57,306 bases of DNA. Source: a virus (taxonomy: Duplodnaviria > Caudoviricetes). Made by a program: the position numbers and the translations under genes. Shown here in pieces: positions 9,478-18,736 of the stretch; the stretch's first letter is position 1, and the number at the start of each line of letters is the position of its first letter. The notes beneath the pieces are model-generated. The model ran no database searches, was not told the DNA's origin, and saw only the letters and a list, made by a program, of their open reading frames with translations. The stretch lies in the IMG/VR virus record IMGVR_UViG_3300007778_000005, positions 1-57,306 of that record; one strand, 5' to 3'.

Positions 9478-11271
9478 ATGATACCGCACATGGATAACTG
9501 TTTAAATCCTGACTTACAAAAGCAGACGAGTGCTGCTGGTTCTGGAAACATTTCTAATTTAAACGGCGAATACACGCTCGCAGCTATTGACAAGTTTGAT
9601 GAAGAATTTAGAAGATCAATAGTATCAGAAGCATCTACAAACGTTCTTACTGATGCAGTTAATAAATTTGGGCAAGATTTCTATAGTTCATTATCATCAT
9701 TAAATAATGATTTCTTAAAGAGAGATTACGTACGTAAAGATATAGAAGATTTAGAATTGCTTAGTTATCGTTTAAATGGCGATAGACCAATTACTGCGTT
9801 TGAATACGCGCAATTCTTAAAAGAATATAACTATACACCATATACTGCGCAAGATTCTTGGGGATCGCAATCTTTAAGGTTTTCTTCTCAATTGGATAGC
9901 TTTTATAGAGGAAGTTTCCAACAAAGTATTCTAGGATCTTTCTGTGCAGGCATAGGAAGTATCTTTGCTGCAATTGACAGCTTCTTTGATTTGGTTGGTG
10001 AGATTGAAGGATTAATCACGGATGTATTTGCATTCTTAAATAAGATTAAAAATATCGAAGATCCTATCAAGGCATTATTTGAAAAGATCAAAGTAAAAGC
10101 TCTCATAGAAGCTATTAAAAAGAAAGTAAAAGATGCAGTTAAAGGCGTAATTGAAAAAGTTCAAAAAATGATTGAAAATTTCTCGCTCGAGAATATTATG
10201 GGTCAAATTGAAACTTTTGTCAATGAAAAAATTGTAAAACGTGTAAATAAATTAAAAGATGATATTCTTGCTTTCTTTGATGAAGACAATAAAAATTCTA
10301 TTTTTAAGAAGATAGAAGGATTAGTTGACTATGCGGTAGGTGTTTTCGAAAATCCATCGATTGAAGAAATAATGTTACTTGTCTATAAATTCTGTTCATT
10401 TGTAACTGGTGTAGAAGGATTGATCAATGGATTAAAAGCACCGTTGGATGATTTTTCAAATCGTTACGAAGAAGTATTTAATACACTTAATAATGTATCT
10501 AATCGTACAACGGGTGAAGCTATCCGAGCGGGTGCCATTAGATACACGCCAGAAAAACGAAAAGAAGTAATAAATAAACAACAAGAGCTAGAAACATCAA
10601 AAGGTGAACCTGCTCCACCCACTGTTAAGGAGCAAGAAGAAGTGCCTACTTGGGAAGAAGTTTCTTCTGGAAGTCATCCCAAGATTAAGGTTGCTGGACA
10701 ATGGGTGACTAAGTTAGGCAGAGCAGGATGGGATAATCTAGATCGTGATGTTAAAATTAAATTACTTAGATTACATGATAAAGTTAAAAACGTAGTGAAA
10801 GGACCATTTACTATTAATAGTGCTTGGAGAAGTGTAGAATACAATAACTCAGTAGGCGGTGCAAAAGAATCTCAACATTTATCCGGTAAAGCAGTTGATA
10901 TAACATGGGCCGGATTTGATCCATCAGCCGATGCTTCATGGGTTTCTATTCAAGCATTGAAACAAGGCTTTAATGGTACTGGTTTTTATGATACCTTTAT
11001 GCATTTGGATACTAGAGGTAAGCCTACAGTTTGGAATAATAGAACTAGCAGTCCGATAGAAGAAGAAAAACAAAGCACTGGACTAACTAGAAGACAAGCG
11101 TATAAGTTAGCCTTACAAAACAAAGAATCAGTTGAATTTGAAGAAAATGGCTTTAAATATATAGCTAAATATACAGAACCTAGCAGAGAATCTCGAACAG
11201 GTGTTAATGAAAGAGGTGAAGAAATTACAACAAATTATTCGGGTATAGTTAACATCGTACCAGTAAGATAA
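9478..11271 (+). CDS. Baseplate-associated protein with Zn peptidase M15 (D,D-peptidase/YcbK-like) domain
   Basis: INSAWRS.EYN..VGGAKESQHLSGKAVDI ... GTGFY.TFMHLD.RG (His-x6-Asp...His Zn ligands) after a long helical N-terminus. Confidence 0.85.
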   Translation: MIPHMDNCLNPDLQKQTSAAGSGNISNLNGEYTLAAIDKFDEEFRRSIVSEASTNVLTDAVNKFGQDFYSSLSSLNNDFLKRDYVRKDIEDLELLSYRLNGDRPITAFEYAQFLKEYNYTPYTAQDSWGSQSLRFSSQLDSFYRGSFQQSILGSFCAGIGSIFAAIDSFFDLVGEIEGLITDVFAFLNKIKNIEDPIKALFEKIKVKALIEAIKKKVKDAVKGVIEKVQKMIENFSLENIMGQIETFVNEKIVKRVNKLKDDILAFFDEDNKNSIFKKIEGLVDYAVGVFENPSIEEIMLLVYKFCSFVTGVEGLINGLKAPLDDFSNRYEEVFNTLNNVSNRTTGEAIRAGAIRYTPEKRKEVINKQQELETSKGEPAPPTVKEQEEVPTWEEVSSGSHPKIKVAGQWVTKLGRAGWDNLDRDVKIKLLRLHDKVKNVVKGPFTINSAWRSVEYNNSVGGAKESQHLSGKAVDITWAGFDPSADASWVSIQALKQGFNGTGFYDTFMHLDTRGKPTVWNNRTSSPIEEEKQSTGLTRRQAYKLALQNKESVEFEENGFKYIAKYTEPSRESRTGVNERGEEITTNYSGIVNIVPVR

Positions 11272-11280
11272 GGAACTAAA

Positions 11281-11703
11281 ATGCCAGTACCAGTTAGTTT
11301 AATAACAGGCAGACAAAAGAAAATATCAATTTATTCTGACTTCAAGAAAAGCCTTGAGGCCAGCCCTTTGTCGTTAGACCTTACTTTGCTTAAAGATGAA
11401 GATGCTGTAAAAGAATCAATACGTAATCTTCTATTAACAGATCGCGGCGAAAGATTAATGCAACCAAACTTAGGTGGCAATCTTAAAGCAATGCTTTTTG
11501 AAAATATGACACCAGCTACTATTAAGTTAATAGAAGATCAAGCAAGAACAACAATAGAACTTTACGAACCAAGAGCAGAATTAATTGATGTAACTGCATC
11601 ATCAAATATCGACGATAATGTTGTTCGTGTGCACGTTCAATTTTATATTAGCAATAACCAACAGCCGATTTCAGTCGATGTATTTCTAGAGAGGACTAGG
11701 TAA
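11281..11703 (+). CDS. gp25: Baseplate wedge subunit gp25
   Basis: YSDF, DEDAVKESIRNLLLTDRGER..QP.LG..L...LFEN, YEPR motifs. Confidence 0.93.
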   Translation: MPVPVSLITGRQKKISIYSDFKKSLEASPLSLDLTLLKDEDAVKESIRNLLLTDRGERLMQPNLGGNLKAMLFENMTPATIKLIEDQARTTIELYEPRAELIDVTASSNIDDNVVRVHVQFYISNNQQPISVDVFLERTR

Positions 11704-11706
11704 GCG

Positions 11707-13494
11707 ATGGCCAAACTTAATATTTCACAGTTAGATTTTGAATCTAATAAAGAGCAGTTTAAGGAATACTTAAAGACTCAGACGCAATTCAAAGATTACA
11801 ACTTTGAAGGCTCAAACATGAGTGTTCTTTTGGACGTACTTGCTTACAACACATTCCAAAATAACTTTTACACTAATATGGCAATTAACGAAATGTTCCT
11901 TGATTCTGCTGTATTAAGAAACTCGATTGTATCGCACGCAAAAGAACTTAATTACTTACCACGTTCTAGAAGATCTGCTAAGGCTGTAGTTGATATTACT
12001 ATTTACGAAAATACTTTAGCAGACCAGACAATCACACTACCTGCTTATACTGAATTCACTTCATCATATCTTGGCCAAAACTTTGAATTTGTAACAGATA
12101 AAGCAGTTGTTCTCAAAAAGATTGCACCTGGTACATTTAAGGCTGAAGGTGTAGAAATCTTTGAAGGTCAAATGCTTGCGTCGTTTGAAAGAGAAGGTTT
12201 CTTTGTTGATGATGATGGTATTCTTCGTGTAATATTATCAAACGAAAATGCCGATACTGATTCAATTGTAGTGTTTGTTGACGCGGAAGAAACAGAAGAC
12301 CAAAATATCTTTATTCGTAAAAATGATATTTTCGGTGTAGGTCCTGCAGATAAAGTATTCTATGTAGAACCACATTATGACGACAAGTACTCAATTTATT
12401 TTGGCAATAACGTGTTTGGTTTACAACCTGAAGCATTCGAAGATGTTCGTGTAAGATATCGTATTACAAGTGGTGAAGAAGGTAACGGAGCATTCTCATT
12501 TGCGTTACCTACTGAAATTGGTGAAGCTGTCGTTGAAACTATCCAGCCTGCTTCAGGTGGTGCTGAACGCGAATCAATGGAAAGCATTCGTTACTTTGCT
12601 CCTAAAGCATTGCAAATTCAAGAGCGTGCTATTACTACCAAAGATTATGAAATATTGTTAAAACAAAAATTCCCAGAAATACAAGCGGTTGCTGCATATG
12701 GTGGTGAAGATCTAGATCCGCCGCAATTTGGTCGTGTCGCTGTTTCCGTATATCTAGGTCAAGGCCAAGAAAGTTTATCATCAACACTTTCAGCCGCATA
12801 TATTGATTATCTTAAAGATAAAAGTCCACTGGCAGTTGAACCAGTATTCATTACTTCTCAATTCGTATATGCCTGTGTAAATGTTGATGTTTCATACGAT
12901 CCACGATTAACAAGAAAGTCAGATGGAGAAATCGAAGCTTTAATTCGTCAAGCAATACAAGATTACTCTAACTCTTCGCTTGATAACTTTAATACTACTT
13001 TGAGATTATCTAAACTATCTTCTCTTATCGATGACGTAGATATTTCAGTACAAAGTAACAGTATTCACGCGTCACCGTTTATCGAGTATTCTCCAGTGCT
13101 AAACGTTAAGGCAAATCCATCGTTTAAGTTTGTTGCCGAACTAATTAAACCGTATCCATTTAAAGATAGCAACGGATTCTCCGATTACAAACCATCTATC
13201 AAGAGTAGCTTGTTCCAATACAACGGTGTTGGTGTATATCTGCAAGATGATGGTATTGGTAATATTCAAGTTGTTACAAGTGATGTAGCTAACCCTCAGG
13301 TAATTGTTCCTAAGATCGGCAGCGTTAACTATAAAACTGGCGAAGTTAATCTAGTTAATTTTGAAACATCGGGTTATGCCGGTGGTGCAATTAAAATTGT
13401 CGCAGAAATTAAGAAAGATGATTATAAAGCTCCTAATGGAAGAATCTTTAGAATTAAAGATGAAAACGTAACTGTTAATGTCATAGAGTCTTAA
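11707..13494 (+). CDS. gp6: Baseplate wedge subunit gp6
   Basis: LDFE..K.....YL..Q..FKDYNFEGS.MSVLLDVLAYNT, NEMFLDSA.LR.SIVSHAK.LNY.PRS, Q.RA.T..DY motifs. Confidence 0.95.
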   Translation: MAKLNISQLDFESNKEQFKEYLKTQTQFKDYNFEGSNMSVLLDVLAYNTFQNNFYTNMAINEMFLDSAVLRNSIVSHAKELNYLPRSRRSAKAVVDITIYENTLADQTITLPAYTEFTSSYLGQNFEFVTDKAVVLKKIAPGTFKAEGVEIFEGQMLASFEREGFFVDDDGILRVILSNENADTDSIVVFVDAEETEDQNIFIRKNDIFGVGPADKVFYVEPHYDDKYSIYFGNNVFGLQPEAFEDVRVRYRITSGEEGNGAFSFALPTEIGEAVVETIQPASGGAERESMESIRYFAPKALQIQERAITTKDYEILLKQKFPEIQAVAAYGGEDLDPPQFGRVAVSVYLGQGQESLSSTLSAAYIDYLKDKSPLAVEPVFITSQFVYACVNVDVSYDPRLTRKSDGEIEALIRQAIQDYSNSSLDNFNTTLRLSKLSSLIDDVDISVQSNSIHASPFIEYSPVLNVKANPSFKFVAELIKPYPFKDSNGFSDYKPSIKSSLFQYNGVGVYLQDDGIGNIQVVTSDVANPQVIVPKIGSVNYKTGEVNLVNFETSGYAGGAIKIVAEIKKDDYKAPNGRIFRIKDENVTVNVIES

Positions 13495-13495
13495 A

Positions 13496-16093
13496 ATGTC
13501 AGATATTCAAAAAACTATATCGTTTAAAATTAAGCAACAATTTCCTGCGTTATATCGTGAACATGGCGCTGAGCTTGTTGCTTTAGTTGAAGATTACTAT
13601 AAGTGGACTGAAACCGCTGATAATCAGTCCATCTATAATTCTAGACGTATGTTTGAATATCGTGATATTGCAACTACTCTAGATAGTATGATTATCTTCT
13701 TTCATAAGAAGTTTATGGCTGATTTGCCGTTACAAGAAAAAACCACTACAAAGTTTATCGTTAGAAATATTCTTGATCTTTACAGAAGAAAAGGTTCTGA
13801 AAGTGGTATTCAAATATTCTTTAGATTATTTTTCCAAGAAGATGTTGAGGTAAATTATCCATCTAAGTATATGTTTAAGCCATCAAATTCCTCTTGGAAA
13901 AATGGCGTATACCTACAGTTATCTCCTAACAATGGTAGATTTTTTAGTAACGACGGTTTAAAAGAATATTCATATAAAGATCTTTTAAGTAAGAATATTG
14001 TTGGTTCTATTTCAGGTGCTCGTGCTGCTGTTGATAAAATAAACTTTTTCTTATTAAATGATACTGTTACACCTGTTATTTTTATCGATGAAGTAAAAGG
14101 TCAATTTATAAAATTCGATGATATTATAGCAAGAATAGATGGATATGATATTAGATTTGGTGTAGTATCTGGCTCAGCTTCTGAATTAGAAATAGATTTA
14201 CAATATGGTGGCTCAGTTGGTAACAACAAAGGTGATATTCTTAATATTGAAAGTAAATATGGTAAAGGTGCACTTGCCATTGTTACTGAAACGCGTCAAG
14301 AAGCAACCGGTGTCGTAGATTATACATTGTTAGACGGTGGATTTGGTTACACGGTAGAAAATACTACACTTTACGTTTCAAACCAAGTTATCATTAAACA
14401 AAATACAGATTTCGATTTTACACCTCTTGAAAGATTAAGAGATAGTGCCGGCAATGAAGGTATCGTAATTGGTCAAAACTCCAATGCAATTGGCGTATTA
14501 ATGAATGATGGCGATGAGTTTGCTATCAATAGACCGATTAGTACACTCGATAGAAATCCTAATATTACTTTACCATTATTCAATAGACAAACTCAGCGAG
14601 ATGGTGTTATTTCTATTACGCCTAAAAATACAACTTCTCCGGGACCGCAATATTCTGCTACTTTAGATCCAAACGACGCAAAAGTTTCTACACTAAGTGA
14701 TATAGAATCAGTATCATTAATGACTGATGTTATTCAAGGCTATCTCGGTGTATCACTAAATGCAGCTGATTATAACGCAGCACCTGCTACTCAACCAATG
14801 TCTGGTACTGCAGATCCAGTAACAATTAACACTCCACTTGATGAAGCCTTCGACTTAACACCATTTAATATTGGTACTATCGATTCATTTGAAAATATCA
14901 ATCCTGGTAGTGGATATGAAAATGATGTATGGTGTTTAGTACGTGATGACGTAATGACAGCCTTTGAAAGATATGAGCAAATTCTCATATTAGATAATTT
15001 TAGTGCTACACTGTCGGTTGGCGATCGTATAACTCAAAATAGTACAGGAGTTAATGGTGTAATCACAAAATTGGATAGCAACGTTAACGCTGTCTATGTA
15101 ACACCGTTTTCTTATTACGGATTTAAGAATGCACCTATTTTACACAAAGGCAATTCATACGATGTAATTGCTACAGAGCGTGATTATAATTCACCTAGAT
15201 TTGGTGAAAACGCTGACATGCAAACATTAACAAGATTTGCGACTGGCCGTATTTCAAAAGTTAAAGTTCTTAATTCTGGTTTTGGCTATGTAGATGGTGA
15301 AACAGTTTATCTAAAAAATCCCAATCGTGATACAAGTGTTCCTGATGGTAAAGCTACACTTTATGCAAGATCGCAAGGTATTACTTCTGGTTATTGGGGA
15401 AGCTTTAATTCGCATATAAATGGTTATATAGCAAATACGATTGATCAATTAATTACGCCCATATTACCAACATTTGATTTTGCGAGAGAAGCTTTAAAAG
15501 TTGCGACATCGCTTACTACTACTCCGGTAGAATTTTCTAATTGGTTAACTACAGAAGCGTCGGATGGCTTTGCATATGGTGATATGAATTTAAGTGGTAA
15601 TATAAGTTCTGAAGATGCTCAGATATTCTCTCAATTAGTTGTAGGTACTGCATCTCCTACTTACAAAACAAGATGGGATGAAATTGTTGTACCAAGCTTA
15701 AGAGAACAAGCATGGTTTGAAAATTACTTTAATTTATATACCTTTGTTCAGTCTTACACATATTATGATTCTACAAACAAGATACAAGATAGTGATTTCT
15801 ATCAAGAATATTCTTATCAAATTAAATCAATTATTGCTAAGAATGTTTATGAAGATATGCTCAAAGAAAATGCTCACCTTGCTGGTACCAAAATGTTTGG
15901 TGAATTCTTATATAAGAAGAAAGCTGGTAAAGGTATTAAATCTAGATTCATTAACATTAGGAAAGAAGATTATATCGTTGGTGGCGATCCAGTTGTAGGT
16001 CCGAACCAACCTGGATTCCAGTTTATTGTAACTGTAGACAGAGTAGATCTAAAAACTGATAGCGTAAACCTCACAGTTGACATATCACAATAA
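13496..16093 (+). CDS. gp7: Baseplate wedge subunit gp7-like
   Basis: Follows gp6; LYRRKGSE.G...FFR..F.E.V.V.YP N-terminal and IQDSDFYQEYSY.IKS...H.AG.K.FG C-terminal motifs. Confidence 0.82.
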   Translation: MSDIQKTISFKIKQQFPALYREHGAELVALVEDYYKWTETADNQSIYNSRRMFEYRDIATTLDSMIIFFHKKFMADLPLQEKTTTKFIVRNILDLYRRKGSESGIQIFFRLFFQEDVEVNYPSKYMFKPSNSSWKNGVYLQLSPNNGRFFSNDGLKEYSYKDLLSKNIVGSISGARAAVDKINFFLLNDTVTPVIFIDEVKGQFIKFDDIIARIDGYDIRFGVVSGSASELEIDLQYGGSVGNNKGDILNIESKYGKGALAIVTETRQEATGVVDYTLLDGGFGYTVENTTLYVSNQVIIKQNTDFDFTPLERLRDSAGNEGIVIGQNSNAIGVLMNDGDEFAINRPISTLDRNPNITLPLFNRQTQRDGVISITPKNTTSPGPQYSATLDPNDAKVSTLSDIESVSLMTDVIQGYLGVSLNAADYNAAPATQPMSGTADPVTINTPLDEAFDLTPFNIGTIDSFENINPGSGYENDVWCLVRDDVMTAFERYEQILILDNFSATLSVGDRITQNSTGVNGVITKLDSNVNAVYVTPFSYYGFKNAPILHKGNSYDVIATERDYNSPRFGENADMQTLTRFATGRISKVKVLNSGFGYVDGETVYLKNPNRDTSVPDGKATLYARSQGITSGYWGSFNSHINGYIANTIDQLITPILPTFDFAREALKVATSLTTTPVEFSNWLTTEASDGFAYGDMNLSGNISSEDAQIFSQLVVGTASPTYKTRWDEIVVPSLREQAWFENYFNLYTFVQSYTYYDSTNKIQDSDFYQEYSYQIKSIIAKNVYEDMLKENAHLAGTKMFGEFLYKKKAGKGIKSRFINIRKEDYIVGGDPVVGPNQPGFQFIVTVDRVDLKTDSVNLTVDISQ

Positions 16094-16135
16094 TTAAAAT
16101 AAATAGTTAAAAGCTTATAAAGGTTAGGAGAAAAC

Positions 16136-17023
16136 ATGGCTAAACAATTAATTGGTGTTGGTGCACAACCAAATGACGGAACAGGTGATACTCTCAGAAC
16201 TGCCATGGTAAAGTGTAATGAAAACTTTAATGAGTTGTACGCTGACATGTTTTCTGGTTCGTATGCAGATCTTACTAATAAACCAACAATTCCGTCTGCT
16301 CTTACAGATTTAGGTATTACTGATGGTACTTCGGGACAAGTATTAACTACTGATGGATCCGGAACATTTTCATTTGCTAATCAAGCAGGTGGTGTTGCAT
16401 TAACTGATTTGAGTGTAACAGTTGCAAGTACTGCATCTGGTAGTGGTAATTTAGTATACGACGATGAAACAGGTGAATTCACTTTTACAAAACCAGATCT
16501 TTCAACATATGCACTTGCAGCTAATGTTCCTGCTGATCTAACAGATCTCGGTATCACTGATGGTTCTGCCGGACAAGTATTAACTACTGACGGCAATGGT
16601 GCTTTTACATTTGAAACTCCTAGTGGTGGAAGTGGTGGTTCATTACAAGCACGAACTGTTTTAACTGGCACCACCAATACTATACAAGCAGGTAACGGTA
16701 ACACTTTAGATATTACTGGTTTTAAATCTTATGCGCTTTTAGCAATTGAAGTTGATGGTCCTGCTTGGGTAAGAATTTATACAGATGGTACCTCAAGAAC
16801 AAGTGACCTTTCAAGAGCTAAAACCACAGATCCTTCTCCTGATGCAGGTGTGATTGCTGAAATTATTACTAATGGTCCTGAAGTTGTTAAAATGTCTCCG
16901 GGCGTAATTGGTTTCAATTTTGAAGCTACTCCTACAACTACTATTCCCTGCCAAGTTAATAATGAATCTGGTTCTGCAGCAGCCATAACAGTAAAACTTA
17001 CAGTCGTACAATTAGAGGCATAA
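16136..17023 (+). CDS. Short fibre/structural protein with gp9/gp10-type N-terminal attachment motif
   Basis: MAKQLIGVG..PNDGTGD.LR.A..K.N.NF.ELY N-terminus; two LTDLGITDG..GQVLTTDG.G.F.F repeats; beta-rich C-terminal domain. Confidence 0.7.
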   Translation: MAKQLIGVGAQPNDGTGDTLRTAMVKCNENFNELYADMFSGSYADLTNKPTIPSALTDLGITDGTSGQVLTTDGSGTFSFANQAGGVALTDLSVTVASTASGSGNLVYDDETGEFTFTKPDLSTYALAANVPADLTDLGITDGSAGQVLTTDGNGAFTFETPSGGSGGSLQARTVLTGTTNTIQAGNGNTLDITGFKSYALLAIEVDGPAWVRIYTDGTSRTSDLSRAKTTDPSPDAGVIAEIITNGPEVVKMSPGVIGFNFEATPTTTIPCQVNNESGSAAAITVKLTVVQLEA

Positions 17024-17024
17024 G

Positions 17025-18695
17025 ATGCTTAGAGAGTGGATTGTAACTCTGCATAACAGAGAAGATTTAGAAAGTTTCTACAATGATATGGAAACACCGG
17101 GCGGTGATTTGTATATCCCAGATCGTCAAGTAGAAGTTGCTAATAAAAGGCCAATAAGTCGTAATACGCATTACATGCTCACTAATGAAGAAGCCGAGCT
17201 AGTAAGAAATGATCCTCGTGTTTGGGATGTTACTTTAAAAGAATTAGTTGATATTTCTATTAGACCATTGGGTCGAACTATTTCTGGTGGTAACTTTGAT
17301 AAAGCTTGGGCCGGTGATGCAACAGATACGAATTGGGGTCTATTAAGACATACAGAAGTTACTAATAGAACTAATTGGGGTGATGACGCGGGTAAAGTTT
17401 CTAATGTTATAACTAATTTAACACTTACTGCTTCGGGTAAAAATGTTGATGTTGTAATTGTAGACGGTCACATTGATCCCAATCACCCAGAATTTGCAAA
17501 GAATAAAGATGGATCTGGCGGCTCCCGTGTAGTACAATACAATTGGTTCCAGCACAGACAGCAAGTTGAAAATAAAACTAATTCGACTTACGTATATGTG
17601 CCATATGTAGATAGTTTAGATCCAAATAGAACTGCAGACAACAATCATGGATGTCATGCAGCAGGCACCGTTGCAGGTAATACACAGGGCTGGGCTGCCG
17701 ACTCAAACATTTATAATATTAGTCCATATTCTACTAATCCAAATTCTTTTTCTTCTACTTTCCTTTGGGATTATATTAGAGTTTGGCATAATAGCAAACC
17801 AATAAATCCAGAAACAGGAAGAAGAAATCCCACTATTACAAATAATAGTTATGGTTCAATAATTCCAGCAAATAAATTTAACTTTGGTTCTGTTACAGCT
17901 GCGTCATATCGAGGTGTAACATTTAGTCCGGGAAGAGCACTGACTGCGGCAGAATTACAAGCTCGTGGCTTTTATGCGCCTACGACTGATGTTGAAATCC
18001 CAAACTACTTTACTTCAATAGTAGCAGATCAGCAAGATGCTATTGATGATGGAATTATAATTGTTGCTGCTGCCGGTAACGAGAGTTGGAAAATTGTAAA
18101 TGCGTCAGATCAAGATTACAATAATCAATATCAAATAGATTATTTTGGTTTTCCTACTACACTTTTTACTAATAGAGGAACCGGTTCAGGCGCAGGATAT
18201 GCTCCAATTATAACTGTTGGTGCGTATGGCAATAATTCAACTGAAGATAAAGCATCATTTAGTAACTGCGGCAGCCAAGTTGATATTTTTGCCGCGGGCG
18301 AAGCAATCCAAAGTTCATTGCACACATTAGACAACACTCCTTTTGGTACTAATGATCCTAGGAACAGCAGTTATAAAATAGGCAAGTATCAAGGTACAAG
18401 TATGGCTTCTCCACAAGTTGCGGGTGTACTTGCTCTATTAGCAGAATCATGGCCAAATATAACTCAATTAGAAGCTCAGAGTTGGTTAACAAATAATGCT
18501 GCAACTAATCAAATGCTAGATACTGGTACAGATAATGCGATGGACACAGATAGTTTACAAGGTGCTCCAAATAAATTATTATTATGGATTAACCAAAGAG
18601 CCGAATCAGGATCTACGTTTCCGCAAAGAAACTTTAAACCAAGACCTTTTTCAGGTAAACTTTACCCACGCCCGCGTTTAAGAAGAAGAGGTTAG
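17025..18695 (+). CDS. Subtilisin-like serine protease (peptidase S8) with N-terminal propeptide-like region
   Basis: Complete catalytic set: VVIVDG (Asp), NHGCHAAGTVAG (His), AAAGN (oxyanion Asn), GTSMASPQVAG (Ser). Confidence 0.93.
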   Translation: MLREWIVTLHNREDLESFYNDMETPGGDLYIPDRQVEVANKRPISRNTHYMLTNEEAELVRNDPRVWDVTLKELVDISIRPLGRTISGGNFDKAWAGDATDTNWGLLRHTEVTNRTNWGDDAGKVSNVITNLTLTASGKNVDVVIVDGHIDPNHPEFAKNKDGSGGSRVVQYNWFQHRQQVENKTNSTYVYVPYVDSLDPNRTADNNHGCHAAGTVAGNTQGWAADSNIYNISPYSTNPNSFSSTFLWDYIRVWHNSKPINPETGRRNPTITNNSYGSIIPANKFNFGSVTAASYRGVTFSPGRALTAAELQARGFYAPTTDVEIPNYFTSIVADQQDAIDDGIIIVAAAGNESWKIVNASDQDYNNQYQIDYFGFPTTLFTNRGTGSGAGYAPIITVGAYGNNSTEDKASFSNCGSQVDIFAAGEAIQSSLHTLDNTPFGTNDPRNSSYKIGKYQGTSMASPQVAGVLALLAESWPNITQLEAQSWLTNNAATNQMLDTGTDNAMDTDSLQGAPNKLLLWINQRAESGSTFPQRNFKPRPFSGKLYPRPRLRRRG

Positions 18696-18703
18696 AAGAT
18701 GAG

Positions 18704-18711
18704 TATAAATA
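18704..18711 (+). promoter_or_regulatory. T4-type late promoter upstream of gp8
   Basis: Exact TATAAATA, intergenic, 25 nt before the ATG. Confidence 0.85.
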
Positions 18712-18736
18712 TTAAAAAACCAATGGATTTGAAGGT

